DNA of 57,533 nt, filler included, from Jimgerdemannia flammicorona (GCA_003990765.1; 3 parts of 3 records of this genome joined end to end with filler, not necessarily neighbours in it); one strand, 5' to 3'. Shown: positions 1-15,289, counted from the first letter of the whole stretch. Notes: a model not told the origin generated them from the sequence alone. Numbers and translations are program-made.

Positions 1-19
1 TTTTTAAGAGGTTTTTGCT

Positions 20-600
20 TGCTCTACTTTATTCTCTCACTCACTTTACTTCATTCTCTCACTTGCTCCACTTTATTCTCCCACTCACTCTGCTTCATTT
101 CTCTCATTCATTCTACTTTATTTCTCTCACTTGCTCTGCTTCATTCCCCTCACTCACTTTACCTCATTTTCCTCACTCACTCCACTTCATTTTCCTCACT
201 TGCTCTGCTTTATTTTTCTCACTTACTCTACTTTATTTCCCTCACTCACTCTACTTTATTTCCCTTACTCACTCTGTTTTATTTCCCTTACTTACTCTGC
301 TTCATTACTCTACTTTATTTCTCTTACTTACTCTACTTCATTTTCCTCACTCACTTTGCTTTATTTCTCTCACTTACTCTACTTTATTTTCCTCACTCAC
401 TCTGCTTTATTTTTCTCACTTGCTCTACTTCATTTCTCTCACTTGCTCTACTTCATTTCTCTCACTCACTCCACTTTATTTTTCTCACTTACTCTACTTT
501 ACTTCTCTTACTCACTCTGCTTTACTTCCCTCACTTACTCTACTTTACTTCTCTCACTCACTCTGCTTTACTTCCCTCACTCTCTATTTCTTGTAGCTCA
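20..600. repeat. Degenerate pyrimidine-rich tandem minisatellite (~21-23 bp unit, CTCACTYACTCTRCTTYATTT...)
   Basis: The unit recurs more than 20 times; the long overlapping L/F/S/H-rich ORFs are artefacts of the repeat. Confidence 0.85.
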
Positions 601-1762
601 TCTTCTATATACATACCTCACTACTTGAAAAGGCCATCTATACTCTATTCTGACTACCTCAATATGCCTTACTACTTAAAAAGACCATCTGTACTCTCTG
701 TCTAAGGTACTTTATAATGCATTTTCTGATCTATCTTGCTCCACTTTACCTCATCTTACCTTGCCTTGCTGCTTTTAATATATTATATTTATTCTCCATA
801 ATGATGTTTACCAAGCTGATATTTGCTAAGCTGATGTTTGCCATAATGATGTACTAGTAATATAAAGACTAATTAGGGAGTATTTTCTAATCTATATCAA
901 AAATATACTCTCTCATTTCTAAGAAGAACCTCTTATAGCCTATCTTTAGTATTTCATCCAAAAGGCCATTCAGGAGGGGTGTCCCTCAATTTGTACTGAT
1001 GATATACTCTCTCTAGAGGAGAATCTCTTATGGCTAGTCTTCAGCATTCTGAGGAGACTGATCAGAAGAGTGTCCCTCAATTTATACTAGCTATATACTC
1101 TTGCTTTGGTGAAGGACTTCTTCCAGCTGATCACCCTCAGGAGAAAGGCTTCTGGTACTGGGCTCACCTATCTTGCTATGGCAGAGATATCATAAGAATA
1201 ATCAGAGATCAGTTGGGAGGATGACTCCCAATCTGTACTGATAACATCCTCTCTCTTCAGAGAAGTACCTCTTATAACTAATCTCTAGTATTCTCCAGCA
1301 TCCTCCTATATCTCTCAGTATCTCTTATTGGTTATATATTTTTTTTCCATTCTGACAATCCTACTCTTTACACTACTAGATTCTTTCAGTATATTGTTGC
1401 AAAATAGAAGATAATTTTATTCTCACTAATTTTGACCCAAGTAAATTGCTGACTGCTTTGATATAGGAGTTGGAGGCTGCTTTGATGATTCCCTCAACCC
1501 TTCTATCTAGTGGAGTTGGTTCTGAGTTGGATTTTGGAAAATCCTTAAAATATGATATTTTGGAAAAGTTTTTGGACTTACTAGCTTATATGATTAATAT
1601 GGAGTGAGAAATTGATATATTTCAGGAGGTATTTAGAAGCCTCTACTATGAGGGATTATCTGAGCTATATTATTTTTATTTTCCTGAGAGCTCTTCTCTG
1701 ATAGGTTAGAAAATATATAATTAAATTTTTCAATATCTTTTCACTATTCAAGTAAGTTTCTG

Positions 1763-1800
<38 letters not shown>

Positions 1801-4800
1801 GGGGGGGTGGTGTGGTTTGTTTTTTTTTTTTTTTTTATATTTTTTTTTTTTTTTTTTTTTTTTTGAAGGGAGAAGGGGTGTGGGAGTGTCTATTCAAATT
1901 ATTTACAAGATTATTTTGCTTTTTATTTTAATTTTTAGAAAATGAAGAAGGATCAATATAAAATACTCTTAGCAGATTTTTTTGGATCAATAATGTCAAT
2001 ATTGAGTAGATTAGCAAAATCTCAAGATCAAATTTATTCAGACTCAGTTCTATATTCTAAGTCTGCAGAATTTTGAAATACTGAGAATTCTGAGGCTTGA
2101 TCTTTCAGAAGGCTAGACAATAATACTTTATATATATTAGGAGATCAAGTAAGTTAGATTTTGACAGATGTTTGTGAGAAGATATTTAAAGTTTGGAAAG
2201 CTAGATTGTATGACAAAGCTTGAGCTAGAACTGGATCTTATATATTAGCTGGCTACACTTTGACCTATGCTGGAGGGATATATTGCAGTATTATATCTCT
2301 TAATAATTTTAAACCAAAAATTACATAAGATAAATGGGAGGAATATGAAATAGCTATTATAGAGATGTCTTTACTTCTTTTTAATACTTCTTACCAGATA
2401 TAGTGATAAATTTCCCTGCTTTATCTAATTTTTGATCAATTCAATACTCCTTATTGTTTATCTCTTAAGGAAATTTTAAGAGGTATCCCAATATCCTTAG
2501 TATTCTCAGTATCCTCAGTATCTCCAGTATTCTTGATATTCTCAGTATTTCTAGTATCCCCAGCATTTCTAGTATTCTCAGCATCTCTGACATCTCTAAC
2601 ATTTCTAACTTTGACATTAGCATCTTCATCAGCTTTGAAATTACCTAGAATAGATAGAGGTCAGATAAATCTGGATCAATCTAGAATATATTTTAGACTT
2701 AGAGGATTTCAGTTTGAGCAAAATATAGCAAAAGTCAGCAATATATTTTTTGATCAATATGCAAGCTCTTCTACTTATACTGATCAAGATATGATATCTG
2801 TTTTACTTTGTATCATCAAATATAAAGGACAGTATATCTCAAAATCTGGAGGTTTATTCTATAATTTAACTTATAGTATCAGAGTTCCACTAAAGTTTAA
2901 TATAATGATGATGTTTCACTTAAATTAATCATACAGTTCAATAGTTATTAGAGATAGAGAAGTTTTGGATAGTTTATCTCTGAGTATCTATTACAGAACC
3001 TTAGAAGCTATGTGCTACTATTATAAATTTTTTGAAAACTTAGAAGAGTAAAAAAATCTATAGATATTTATATATTTAATAACTGATTTTTATATTATGT
3101 CATAGTTTTTAAATATTTAGTAGAAGTTTGACAAATATAGTATTCTTTTTTTGGTTTTTTTTTCTGCTAAAAAATTATTCTTTTTGATAGACTTATTAAT
3201 TTGTGCTAATTGACTTCTAATTTAGTTTAGTTTGTTATCAGAAGAATTTGCTAAGATTCTGGCTCTTAAAGTAAATTTGAGCTGATTTGATTTGAGTTCA
3301 AATCAATCTGAACTCAATATATATTATATTTGAATTTGAACTGATTTGAATTTATCATATAATAAATTTGAACTAACTCAAATCAGACATATGATTGGCA
3401 AATTTGAATCAGGTTCAAATTTCTCTGATTTGATCAGAGTACTATATATAAGTTAGAGAAATAATTAAAAGAGATTTAGTATAGAGATATATAATTTCAA
3501 TAATAAGAAATAAATATTACTATATACTATACTATTTAATAAAATAATAGTAAAATTTTATATTATATATAACTAATAAATATATTAAAAGATAAGATTG
3601 AAATCTAAAAAAAGTATTAGATATATAAATAAAGTATATATTTTATAATTTTATTCTAGTCTATATATTTATATAAATATATTCTTCTACTTTAAACTTA
3701 AACTTATAAATATTCTTTATAATTAATTTTTATAAATAAGATAAAAAAAATATATATATAATTTTAAGAGTATATATATCTGTTTAAAGATACTTAAAAC
3801 AAAAATATATTATTAACTTATTTTATAAGTAAACAATATCTAGATTATAAAGTTTAAACTTATCTATAAGTAACTTATATATAATATAATTTCTAAAAAA
3901 TAGTTATATAATAGTAAACTTATATAGTAGATCCTCTGATACTTCTAAGATAGACAGATACTCTTACAGAACAAAGCTCAGTAGAGTGAGAGACTATTGT
4001 TACTGCTTTTGCCTTTTTTGTAAGCAGCTATTTGGTTGTAATGTCTTGGACTGTAATTATGTGACTGTATTCCAACTCACATCACATGACAAAATTCAGA
4101 CTATAAGTCCTATACATAATTTATAACAAGTTGGGTATTTTTGATAATATTCAGAAAAAAAAATCAGCCCCCCTTTTCCGTCTATAATTAATATTAAAAA
4201 TAAAAATAAATATAAGTTCTGCTTTATGAAGTGTGAATTCGTAAGATTCGTAAGACTGCGAGTCAAATACTTTGGCATCATTTTAGCTGATAGATGGGAA
4301 TTTATTTTGTGTCCGAAACCACGAATATTTTTAAACGCTTTCAATTTTATATTCTAATGACATAATACAATTTCATATAACAGGGATAAAGTTGCGTGAC
4401 GTAGGGACCCAGTCAATTCGTTTGCATATATCACAATAACAAGGTCATGCACCCAATTTCTTGCTATTCGGTAATTGCCTTTTTTTATGTTCGTGAGCCT
4501 GTTTAATGTGTATTGTTATTTACCTCTTTGGTGATTAATCATTTGTCACACCTGAAGAGTCTCACTTGCGTCGGTTCACTACCTAAACGTATACAAGACA
4601 GAGTGAGACTCACTGACCTTCACATTTGCACGATCAATCAATGGGCCGTGAAGTAATTTTGTTTGCAGAGACAGAAGTATTTTATGCTAGATCCTGGGTC
4701 GTGGTCCAATTCCACGGTTAGTCTTACGATGCCCCGTCCTGTTGTTACATGTCCTGAATCGACAGGGAGCTCGCAGGCCCAATTTGTCAACAGATTCCCC

Positions 4801-5557
4801 GTGGATACTGTACTCAATTGTTCATTTAGTTATATCATAGAGATGTATGCACCTCCTGCATAAATCTCCATATCACGAATTTGTAAAAAGTAATCGTGGG
4901 CTCGATATTAATATATACGAAATGCTTATATAACCCACAGTCATCTTTTCATGTAAGGTGTATTTTATTTATTTTACTTTATTTTTGGTCAAGAAGAAGC
5001 TCTGGTTGTTCTCCAAATGTGTGTGTTCCGAGGTCAGATTAAAAATGTAACGGTGCAACTGGGGAGACTGCAGGTGGGAATGTTAATTACTTCGTGGCTT
5101 GACAAAAATTGCACAGTAGGTCACGTGAAGAGAATAATGGATGGGCCGAGCACCACCATCTTTGCTCTCCTTTGCTCTCCTTTGCTCTCCTCGCGCGAAC
5201 AAAGCAGACCAAGGACAAGAGGTATGTTCTTGTTTCCTCTTCTGCCGCCACCCCTACACGACATCCCTGCACGACCCTCGTTCCGTAAAGCCCTTGACCA
5301 GTTCTAGGGCCGTAGCTGCCGCGTGCGGCTCCGCGTTTACCGTGGCGTAGTTGGCCCCACGCGTAATTGCACGAATCCCAGCCGTGCGCATTCTCACGGT
5401 TGAAGCCTCTACTCTACTGAAAGCGTTGCTAATTACGCGCATTTCGCCCTTGTCTGCCTGCAACCGCGCTCTTTCGGCAGCAAAACTGTTTAAGCTTTCC
5501 ATTAGTAATTCTTACGTGCTTCAACTTCACGCTCAATACAACATACCGTTTCTCGCA

Positions 5558-7328
5558 ATGGCTGGAAGGGTAGGTATCCATTTGTGTGGATTGTGGCTCA
5601 TTCTCTTCAAGTCTCTCACACGGATATCCCGTAAAGCTATATTGACCAATCTTCCTTCTTTCGGGCTCCTATCATAGATCATCGAGAGACCAATAAAGGT
5701 ATCTATCGCTCTTTTCTTCAACTATATCCACCTTGTAACCGAATTCTCAGATCCAAAGTAACCCACCAGGTGGTCTGCGAGCAAAGCATCGCCAAAAACA
5801 TTAAGAAGACGGACGAGGGCAACCCTTGGCGCAACTGGAAAATCCGTATCTTTGGCCTCACCGAAGCCGGCGAAGAATATCAGCTCAAATTTGTTGATTA
5901 TGTCGAATACATTATGCACCCATCATTTACTAATCCGAGAAGGAGTGAGTATGCTTTGTTTGGTTTATGCGAAAGGTTGGGTCGTTCCGACAAAAATTGT
6001 AAACCCGATTGGCGTATTGATGGGATTTGCTCATGGCGCATCGAACAAACCTCTGGGTTTATCTGTACATTTTCGTCACTCTTACACATACTTGGCCGTT
6101 CGCTTGCTTGTTACCAGTCCAAAGGAAGCCTCCATTTACTCTCCAGGAGAAGGGCTGGGGGGAGTTCGACCTCAAGATTGTCCTGCATTTCCCCAATGAA
6201 ATCACTGAACCGCAAACCATTGATTTCGATCTCAACTTCAAGCAGGAGAGATACGAGGTCACGCAAGTGCTGGTGGGTTCATCTGTGTATTTTATTGGAT
6301 TTCGATGCATGATCGGGCAACCAAAACTTGCCCTCGACTGTGCTTTTACCAACCGTACCCAATCGATATCCCAGACCTTCGAAGAGAGCCCTGAGCTCAC
6401 ACAGGTGCTCTCCCTGACTGAAAACTTGCCCAGACCTGAACCCCCAACGCCCACGCCCACGACCTCCAAAAAGCGCCGCAACAGCGCCACCAAGGCTAAC
6501 ATCGTCATGGGCACGCGGGGTAGCTCCCTGGACGCCACCTCGGGCAAGAAGAACAGAAAACCTGCGTCCGCTTATCCTACCCCGGCCGGCGGCGCTAGTG
6601 GTCATATGTCCGATTCACAGTCCCCTACCACCCCGAGCCTGTCGGACGTGAGCGCTTCACCGGATGCGGAGATGGGCGGATCGAGGGTGCCCAAGGTACG
6701 AGCTCTATTGGGTGTCGACTTTTTTTTTTTTTTTTTTTTTTTTTTTGGCGCATGCCACCTCACAAGGACGGAAAAGACAACCACCAAGAACATTCGCATT
6801 TTTTTGGATGTCTTTTTATATTTTAATTTTTTTTATGATACCAAGCTTGTACCCACATTGGCACCGTTAATCTATTCTAGGGAGTCAACATGGACCTTTT
6901 GGCCGACATGTTGCAAAACCTGGAGGGTGAGGATTTATGGGAATTACAGCGCATTGTGAACGAGAACAAGACCGAAGAAATGCATATCAGCGAAGATGAG
7001 GGTCAAAGTACGTATTTTGCATTGCTATATTGTATTCATTTCTCTACCATTTCACACCGCTCCTTCCTTTTCACCATTTGATGCCATTTGTTGTGGATTA
7101 ATGGACCGTGTGAAGCAGAAAGAAAACGGACCCGGAAATCTTAACGGGAACTCACCATAATGTGTGCCTCTTTGACATCCCCTCGTCATTTTTCTTCCCT
7201 GGCACCCAAACTTGGTCTTTTCAGGTGAACTCGTCATGGACCTATACACTCTCGGCGAGAATCTTTTGAGAAAGTTGTGGGATTTCACGAGTGTATCCAT
7301 GCAGCGCAAGAAGCATCGGGACGGATAA
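5558..7328 (+). CDS. TAF14: YEATS-domain plus C-terminal ET-domain protein (Taf14/Sas5/AF9 family), multi-exon
   Basis: ATG 5558 with micro-exons MAGR and IIERPIK; YEATS motifs VEYIMHPSFTNPRR and KPPFTLQEKGWGEFDLKI; ET-like end MDLLADMLQNLEGEDLWELQRIV...LVMDLYTLGENLLRKLWDF; GT-AG introns; TAA 7326-7328. Confidence 0.88.
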
Positions 7329-8014
7329 ACGTTTGCGAAGTTTGGCGAAGTAGATGGATGCCGAGAGGGAGGGGAAGCAGGTCTGGCGAGAAGGCGTAGA
7401 GTTTGCAGAAGGGAGTATGGATGCGTTCAGTAATCACTTTTGCTTGTAGAGCTGGTCGATGTTTATTTTTTTTCGGTTTCATGGGATCAGGTTGCTGTTT
7501 ACGAGAAGCGGAAATGCTGCATACCCAACTGAGAGGACAAGCTTTTGCGCACGCCACACATCTTACTTTTTTCACGAATGTTATCGCTATCTTGTTTTTG
7601 TTGGGTCATTTTGTTTTCCTGTCTTTCCTCTCCATTAACGTTGTCTAACAGGGATTCCCGTTCTCCCTTGCATGTATATTGTAATCATATCTTCCCTCCT
7701 GTCCCCGATTTTTGAGCTCTCTTATACACATGTTCTTCAGCCTCGCTGCATGGATATTTGCAGATGTTTCTGTTCTTTTTGGGGAAGGGGTAATGTCATT
7801 AATCATATGTTTAAGTGTGGATAGGGAGAAATTGGCAACGTGGAGGGAAAGTTTTGTTCGATTTGTGGTAGTGGTGCCAAGAGCATTGCCAGAATGGAAA
7901 CAATTGCCGAGTTCATAACCCCGCCGCCCATTGTCTATAAAAGGCAGACGACGGCGATGGAATGTTTCCAATGGATTGCCACAACACACAACTCCCATCT
8001 CTACCAACCATCAC

Positions 8015-9227
8015 ATGGATCCCCTGCTCACAAAACTCGAGGCCGCATCCCTCGGCGAGGAGAAGGATGACCGCCGCAAGGACGAGATCGACGAGGAGGA
8101 GGACGACGGCATTGACATTTCCGTAAGTTTAACTGAATCAGCCTCACCCGTCCCTTTTTGTAAGTTCTAGCGTAACCCCCTCCCCCCCTTCACGCATCCC
8201 CACCCACATTTCCTGACCTAGGACATTATCCCTTCTACGAGTCCCGTTCCCCGCCCCCGCCCCAACGGTCGCCAGACGGGTCCCAAGGGCGTCCTAGCTG
8301 ATCACGCTTACTACAAGAGCGTCATGTCACAGGCGCAGGATGCACGTACGCGGGCTCATAATGCGCGCGTCCTCGCCAAGGCCGCCACGACTACGACCCA
8401 CCATGAGGACGAAGAGGCCGCCAAGGACGAGGCCGAACTGGTGATTCAGGAGCTCGAGGTCGAGGAAGCTAGGAACGACGAAGACCGTGAGGCCCTCAAA
8501 CAATACCGCCAAAAGAGGCTCGAGGAGCTGCAGGCCCTGAACGCGGCCGCTACAAAGAGGAAACAGTTCGGGTCTGTGCAAGAGATCACGTCAGCACAGT
8601 ACGCAAGCGCAGTAGATAACGAGTGGAGGACGGTGCCGGTCATCATCCATTTGTTCGATAACGTGGGTCTTGCCCTTCTCTTTTCGTGAGGTGTGTTGGC
8701 GTTGTATCTTTATTCACATCCTCCAACCCCATCCAAACCCCATCCAATACCTACAGTCCATCCCCCAATGTCGCCTTGTCCACGAACATCTCCAGCACCT
8801 CGCGCGCAAGTACACCCTCGCCAAATTCCTCAAGGTCCAGGCACGCGACGTCGAATTCGATCTCGTCGAATCGCCCGCCATCCTCGCATACAAGGGCGGC
8901 GTACTGGTCGCGAACCTGGTGCGCGTAACCGACGAGGTGGGCGAGACCGGATTTGACGCAGATAAAGTTGAGGATATGTTGCTGAAGTGAGTATAATGCG
9001 TGTGGTGTGTTTGGGGGATGGACAGAATACCGTACAGGATTTTGAATAAGGGTGTGACGGTGAAGAAAGAGAGATGGGATGGAAACAATTGTCCACAACA
9101 TCTGATACTGACGATTTTCCGAATGTTTTGAATCCAACTCACTCTGCTTTCCAGGTACGGCGCCATCTCTGAGGAAGACATTTTCGAAGTCACCGCCACC
9201 ACCACGGAGGATGACGACGACGACTAG
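8015..9227 (+). CDS. Phosducin-like protein (PhLP1 type, thioredoxin fold), 4 exons
   Basis: Signature QTGPKGVLADH; LKQYRQKRLEEL; FGSVQEI; VIIHLFD; LARKYTLAKFLKV; PAILAYKGGVLVANLV; acidic tail ending TAG 9225-9227. Confidence 0.9.
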
Positions 9228-10837
9228 GCGGCCGCATTCCATCTTATCTTCCGAAAGCATGTAAGGGGAGGGTCTCTTCATGACAGGTCGCCGGATCTGG
9301 ATCAGGTGGCATGTATGGGGCGTCGCCGCTTCACAATTTGTTTGCATATCTCAATCAGCTAGTTTGCATGGATAATGTCACGCGCAGGACGTTTTCGCGA
9401 TGGTCGTGTTATTATTATAGCAGAGTAATTGGAAATTATTTATATTACGAATAAATTAGAAAATTGATGATACGACTTGTGTGGATGATGATGTGAATAT
9501 TTCATTTAGGCGACTGGCTTTGAGGTTCCCATGATCAATTTCTTTGTTCATTCCATCTTTGTGACAACAAGCTTCTATCAGGTCTCGTTATTCTGCCCTT
9601 TCCCTTTCGGATTAATGAAATCCGAGCGATCAAGGTGATAGGACGAATACCATTGATGCTAACTTGACAATTTTCTATTGGTGCAGAGCCTACCCGCACA
9701 ATGGGCTCCACCGGAGATTGGGAGACGAGGATGGAAGTATGGCGTAGGTGAGATTTGGGGAGATGCGAGGAAGAGAAGGGTGTAGTGTGCGCGGAGTGGC
9801 AACTAGGATGTGTCTCGCTTTCTCTTGTATCCGAACCGGTCTTTTGTATTTATTTATTCCACCCTCACATTGCTTATTAGCCGGCATATGCAGCAGCTCC
9901 GTTTCCGTTCCTCGTCTCCCATTCCGGCTCTTGGCAACCTCGCATCACTTTTATGGATTGTCGGGCCTGGTGCTGTTTCTGCTTTGTATTCTCCCCAGTA
10001 TCGAATGCGTGTGAACACATACCAGTGGATGTCCTCAAGACAACCTCGCAACATTTTTTTTTTTTTTATATCGTAACTGTAACTCATGAAGGCCGACGAA
10101 AATCTGGATACCAAGAATGGATAACAACAATAGTAGCACCCCCTCAATTTGTCATACGAACCGCATTCGGCAGCGATTAAGCTAATTGGGAGGGCCCTTC
10201 TCCTTGCCGTCCTCGTCATCAGAGTCCTCATTGGAGGCCGGCAGCACCATAAACTTTAGCAATCGCAAAGCTAATATGGACGATATCGACCTCTGCGCCA
10301 TCAAATATTTTGGCATAGGCCGATTTAGCAACGGACTTTCGCCATTTGGGGTCGCCACGTGGGGTCGAAAATTGAGTGCTAAGTTCATATTCGGTAAGGA
10401 CAAATACCCGTTACTCGTTCGGTAGGATAGTCGTGCAAAACGATTACTTCAGATCGCATTTTATTTATTTTTTATTTATTCATTTATTTCCTTGTATTTA
10501 AAAAAGGAGGGATGCGACAGAGTGTGAATAATATCCAATATAATATAAGAGAATATGAAGCAACCCTACGCGTCGCAATCGTAACCCAACCCCGTGATTG
10601 AGCATTGAACCTGACCGCAGGCCTGTAAATAGAATCTGTTTGCTCTTCCTTATGCCAAGCAGGAGGATGGCATTGTCAAATATCTGCGAGCAAGGCGATT
10701 CGAACATCCACTCCAAAATTGAATAGCACCGGACGATGTCTCTGGGGAGAAAATTGGGAAGTGATAGGTTCTCGGGTACATCGATACAGCGTTACACAAT
10801 TGACAAAGGGTCGACCAATGCGAAGCCTATACATTGC

Positions 10838-10883
<46 letters not shown>

Positions 10884-13257
10884 TCTGAAGAATCCGTCTC
10901 CGACATCACGAACAAAATCACTGCACACTAATATAGCTTGGTTGTGATCCAGGGGCACATCTACTCTGTTGATCATTCTGCATTGCTGTTTCAAACATAT
11001 CATCTCAATTGCATGAGAAAGCATCAGAAGATTTGAATATGACAAAATTCAATAAAGCTATATGAAGTAAAACGATAATTGTGTTATCAAGAACAAAGAA
11101 TAATTAAGTCATCATTGAAGCATTCAGAGTCATTTGGTAAGTATGGAAATATATAAACTCAAATTTTGAGATATTCAAAATTTTCTAAAATATGAGAAAT
11201 TTCACAACTATATGCTTGAAGATCAAAACTAGTATTGATAAGTTGGTATCTTCTATATTTCAGTATGATAGAGATATTTTAAAGATAGTTTAATTAGTAT
11301 TATAGAAATATATAGCTTTGTAGTTTAGTATAGATGTTTAATAAATATATAAATTAAATAAAGTCTAACTTTTAGACTTTTTATTTTTATTTTTATTTGT
11401 ATTTTTGTTTTTTTACTTTCTAATATATAATTTTATTTATTCTAAATATTTAAGTTTTTGAATAGAATTATTTTTATTATATTTAGATATTATAAATATT
11501 AATATAACTATTTTATATTATATTATTTTAGATATTCTTTACTACTCTATAGTATTTTATCCTCAATTTTAAATAATGAAAAAGCTTTCTATTAATATTT
11601 ATAACTATTGTAATAGTGATCTCAGAATAGTGACATTATTACAGAAGACAGTCTTTCTTACAAGCTATCAGATTAGAGTATAAGGAGATTATATAACATA
11701 ACTCACCCAGGCTACAAGATGAGTAATGATGACTAACTATAAGTCATTATAACTATAAGACAGTTATTTTAAGAAATATAAAAGAAGGACTACTAAGAAA
11801 CTGTAACAGCAGCAACTCAAACAAAACTTATAAAACTCTAAAATAGTTCAAAGACTCACTATAAATAAAATATCTGCTGTCTACCAAATCTCAAGGTCCA
11901 GAAACTACCAAGGCCCCTCAGTCTAAGAAAGAATATTCCAAGATATCAGAAGAGTCATAAGGACCTATATAAGAAGGACTCCTAGCCTCAACCTAGGTAC
12001 TAGTGACTCTTATTACTATATTCTCTACTATTACAAAATGGAAACAAGGATCACTATTGCTACCAAATGTCTCTAAATATAACAGGAATATGAAATAAGA
12101 AACCTCCTCTACTGAAAGTTCCCTCAGGTCAGTCTCTAAGAAATATAAGATGCCACCTCTATAGATATATATAAAATAAGAATAACTAAGAAGATTTATC
12201 AGATCTTTAGATATGTACTATGGTTAATTTCTAACTTAGAATATATCAAAGTCTCAGACTTCAAGGAATTATTAGCCTATCATACTAATATACTAAAAGC
12301 CATAGTCACCATAGAAGCCCAATCCATCATTACTCTCAATAGTGATGAGATAAAAGAGTTCTAGAATTCCATCCTCCAGAACAATCTAGATCAATTTCTG
12401 TAAGAATTGATCTCAGTATTTCAAGACCCCAGTATTCAGGTTAGACCTCTCTAAGACTTTATATTTGTTCCTTATTTTGTAGAAGAGAACCTCATAGATT
12501 AGAGAGCCTTGCTCTCTCTATTACTAAATGTGATGATATTACCAGCAATAACATTATCAGTGATGATATCATCCTGCTAATTGGCAATATATATAAAATA
12601 TACAAAATATATGACATATATAAGATAGATGAAATATTTACTGATCTCATTTCTTTTGAAGACATCCTGTCTCTGATCTCTAGTCTTGATGATAGTAATG
12701 AAGATAAAGTTCTCAGGGTCTTGAATATTCTGCTCTAAGTTCTTTATATAACTATTTATCTAAATATCTAAATCTACTAGTATCCTGAACTTGTATAACT
12801 ATTTATACAAGTATTCAAATTTGTACTTATAACTGAAGTTTTTTGTATTTTAGTATTTTATTTAGTTATTGAAATTTATATTTAGCTTTATATCTTAGCA
12901 ACCATTAAATTATATTTTATATAAATACTCCTCTCATTTTCTTTGAAATAAAGTCAGTTCTCTCAGTTCTCTTAGTTTACTTATACTCAATTTCATACAA
13001 GCAATCTAAGAGATAATAAGATAGTTTAAAGATAAGAAGTTTGAGGACTATAAGATCTTGGAAAGATACTTCAATAAGAACTTACTTTTAACAAACTTAA
13101 AGTTAGTCTAAGAGATATATCTTGAAGAGAATCTGATATATTTGAAGAGCTCAGCACCTACTATATAACACTATATAATTTGCTTAATATAATATAATTT
13201 ATATATATAAGATTGTTAAATAATAAATATAAGTATAATAATAATAAACTATATAAA

Positions 13258-13582
13258 AGTAGAGGAGGAGGGCCCAGCAGGAGCCAGGGGAGTGAACCCA
13301 GAGCCAGTATCAAAATGAATAGAAGATATGTAGAAGAGTATATATAAGAGAGACAAACAAAGAATATAACTGAATATGCATCAGCTGTTTATTGCTGTAG
13401 TTCTTATATATAAAATACAACATTCCAAAAGAGAGAATGTGTCACAACTCAGGGTGAATCAAATTAGGAACCACATGATTACTAGAGATAAGTAGAGATA
13501 AAGAAGAAGCCAATCTCAGTTACAAGATAAAAATCACAAATAAATACAAATAAAACAAATTAAAATCAAGATTAAAAAACAT
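13258..13582 (-). repeat. Inverted partial pLTR of the PLE
   Basis: Reverse complement of 13738-14068 and 17371-17706, e.g. agaggaggagggcccagcaggagccagggg vs cccctggctcctactgggcccttctcc. Confidence 0.9.
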
Positions 13583-15289
13583 TCTTGCTCCCTCCAGGGT
13601 CTCATGCTCACTCTGGGGTCTTGGTCTTACTCTACTCTCCTCTACTGTCTTCGGCTCCTTACTTTGCTTAGGCTCACTACAGTTCACTCCATTTCAGCCT
13701 TACTCCTTGCTTATGCTCACCTCTCTGGGGTCTGCAGATGTTTTTTAATCTTGATTTGGATTTGTTTTATTTGTGTTTGTTTGTAATTTTTATCCTACAA
13801 CTGAGATTGGCTCTCTCTTTATCTTTACTTATCTCTAGTGGTCATGTGGTTCTTAATTCGGTTCACCCCAAGTTATAGTATGTCCTCTCTTTGGGATATT
13901 ATATTTTGTATATAAGGACCACATTTTTATATAGCAATAAATGGCTGATATATATTTAGTTATGTTCTATATTCATCCCTCTTATATACTTTTCTATATA
14001 TCTTCTATTTGTTTTGACACTGGCTCTGGGTTTGCTCCCCTGGCTCCTACTGGGCCCTTCTCCTTCACTGCTATACTGTCTGCTCTCAGGGCCTCTATCT
14101 CTATTGATGAGATCATAGATGAGGTTCTTCCTCCTCCCCCTCTCCCCACTTTTGTCTCTACCACTATCTCATTCAAGACTTATATCTCATCTGCCATCCT
14201 TTCCCTCCCCTTAGACCTTCACTCTTCCAGTCATCCACTCCTCTCTCAGTTCCAGTCAGTTCTTGCCCTCTCTGCTAAGGAGGCTTGTCTCTGTCATGAC
14301 ATTGATATCATCACTCCACCTGCTGTCTGCTACTCCATTCTTCCTAAGACCTGCCACTAAGCCCTCTTCAAAGAGATTCACACTACTACTACCACTGCCA
14401 AGCTTGCTGCCACTGATGCCACTACTACTTTCACTGCTGCCACTTCTGCTTTCTTCCACTATATCTGTGCTACTTTTATAGCCTTCATCTCCTCTCATCT
14501 TATAGATGCTGCCTCTTTCTGTGGCTTTGCTATCTAAGATATTCTCTCTGCCACCACTGACATCAATACTGTTCATCACTTTCTCCTCACTGACACCTCT
14601 TTTGTTGCTTGTCTTTATGAGTAGGAAATATCATATACTACTACCACTACTCACATCACCACCACTGCTCTCCTATCTACCTCCCCTGAGGTTTCAGTCT
14701 CTGAGGCTATCTGTACTGAGGCTCATGCTGCCATCTGTGCTAAGGTCCATTCCTTTACCACTACTGCTACCAAGACCCTCACTAAGATCCCTGCCAAGCC
14801 CAACCAGGCTTCATTGGCCTCTTCTCAGTCTCCCTCCCCCACCAAGGCCTCCTCCTCTATTCCCCCTGCTCTCAAGCATAGCTGCCAACTTTGTTCTTAC
14901 TCCATCAGAACTTGGCCTTATACTGTCTGCTCCGGTCACCTCTACTATGCCTACTGGCACCTGGCTAAGTCTGTCTACCCCTATAGTGGTATTTCTCATA
15001 CTGCTGCCTCTTTGGCTGCTTGCTCTTCTTCTACCTTCTCTGCTGGCTCCTCCTCTATCTTCTCTACCCATACCCCTGAATGTAAGGGCTGCATGAAAGC
15101 TTGTAGCTACAAGGTCTGGCACTCTGATGGGATGTGCTCCCATTTATCAGGCTCACTATCTTCAAAAAAAGTCAGAGGGAAGGGGAAGGCCTCCTACTCT
15201 TAAACTTCCCCCCAGTGTGGTTCTCCCCCAGTATCTTCATCTCTTCTCAGATTCTGTCATTGCTTCTGGTATACCCTAAGTAGTTCCTC

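Noticed and set aside
15..705. Long hydrophobic ORFs (193-228 aa)
   Set aside because: They are open in all three plus frames because of the tandem repeat
5017..5502. Short ORFs upstream of TAF14
   Set aside because: Promoter-like CpG-rich DNA with no family motifs
11560..13250. Degenerate coding-like relic
   Set aside because: No recognisable motif
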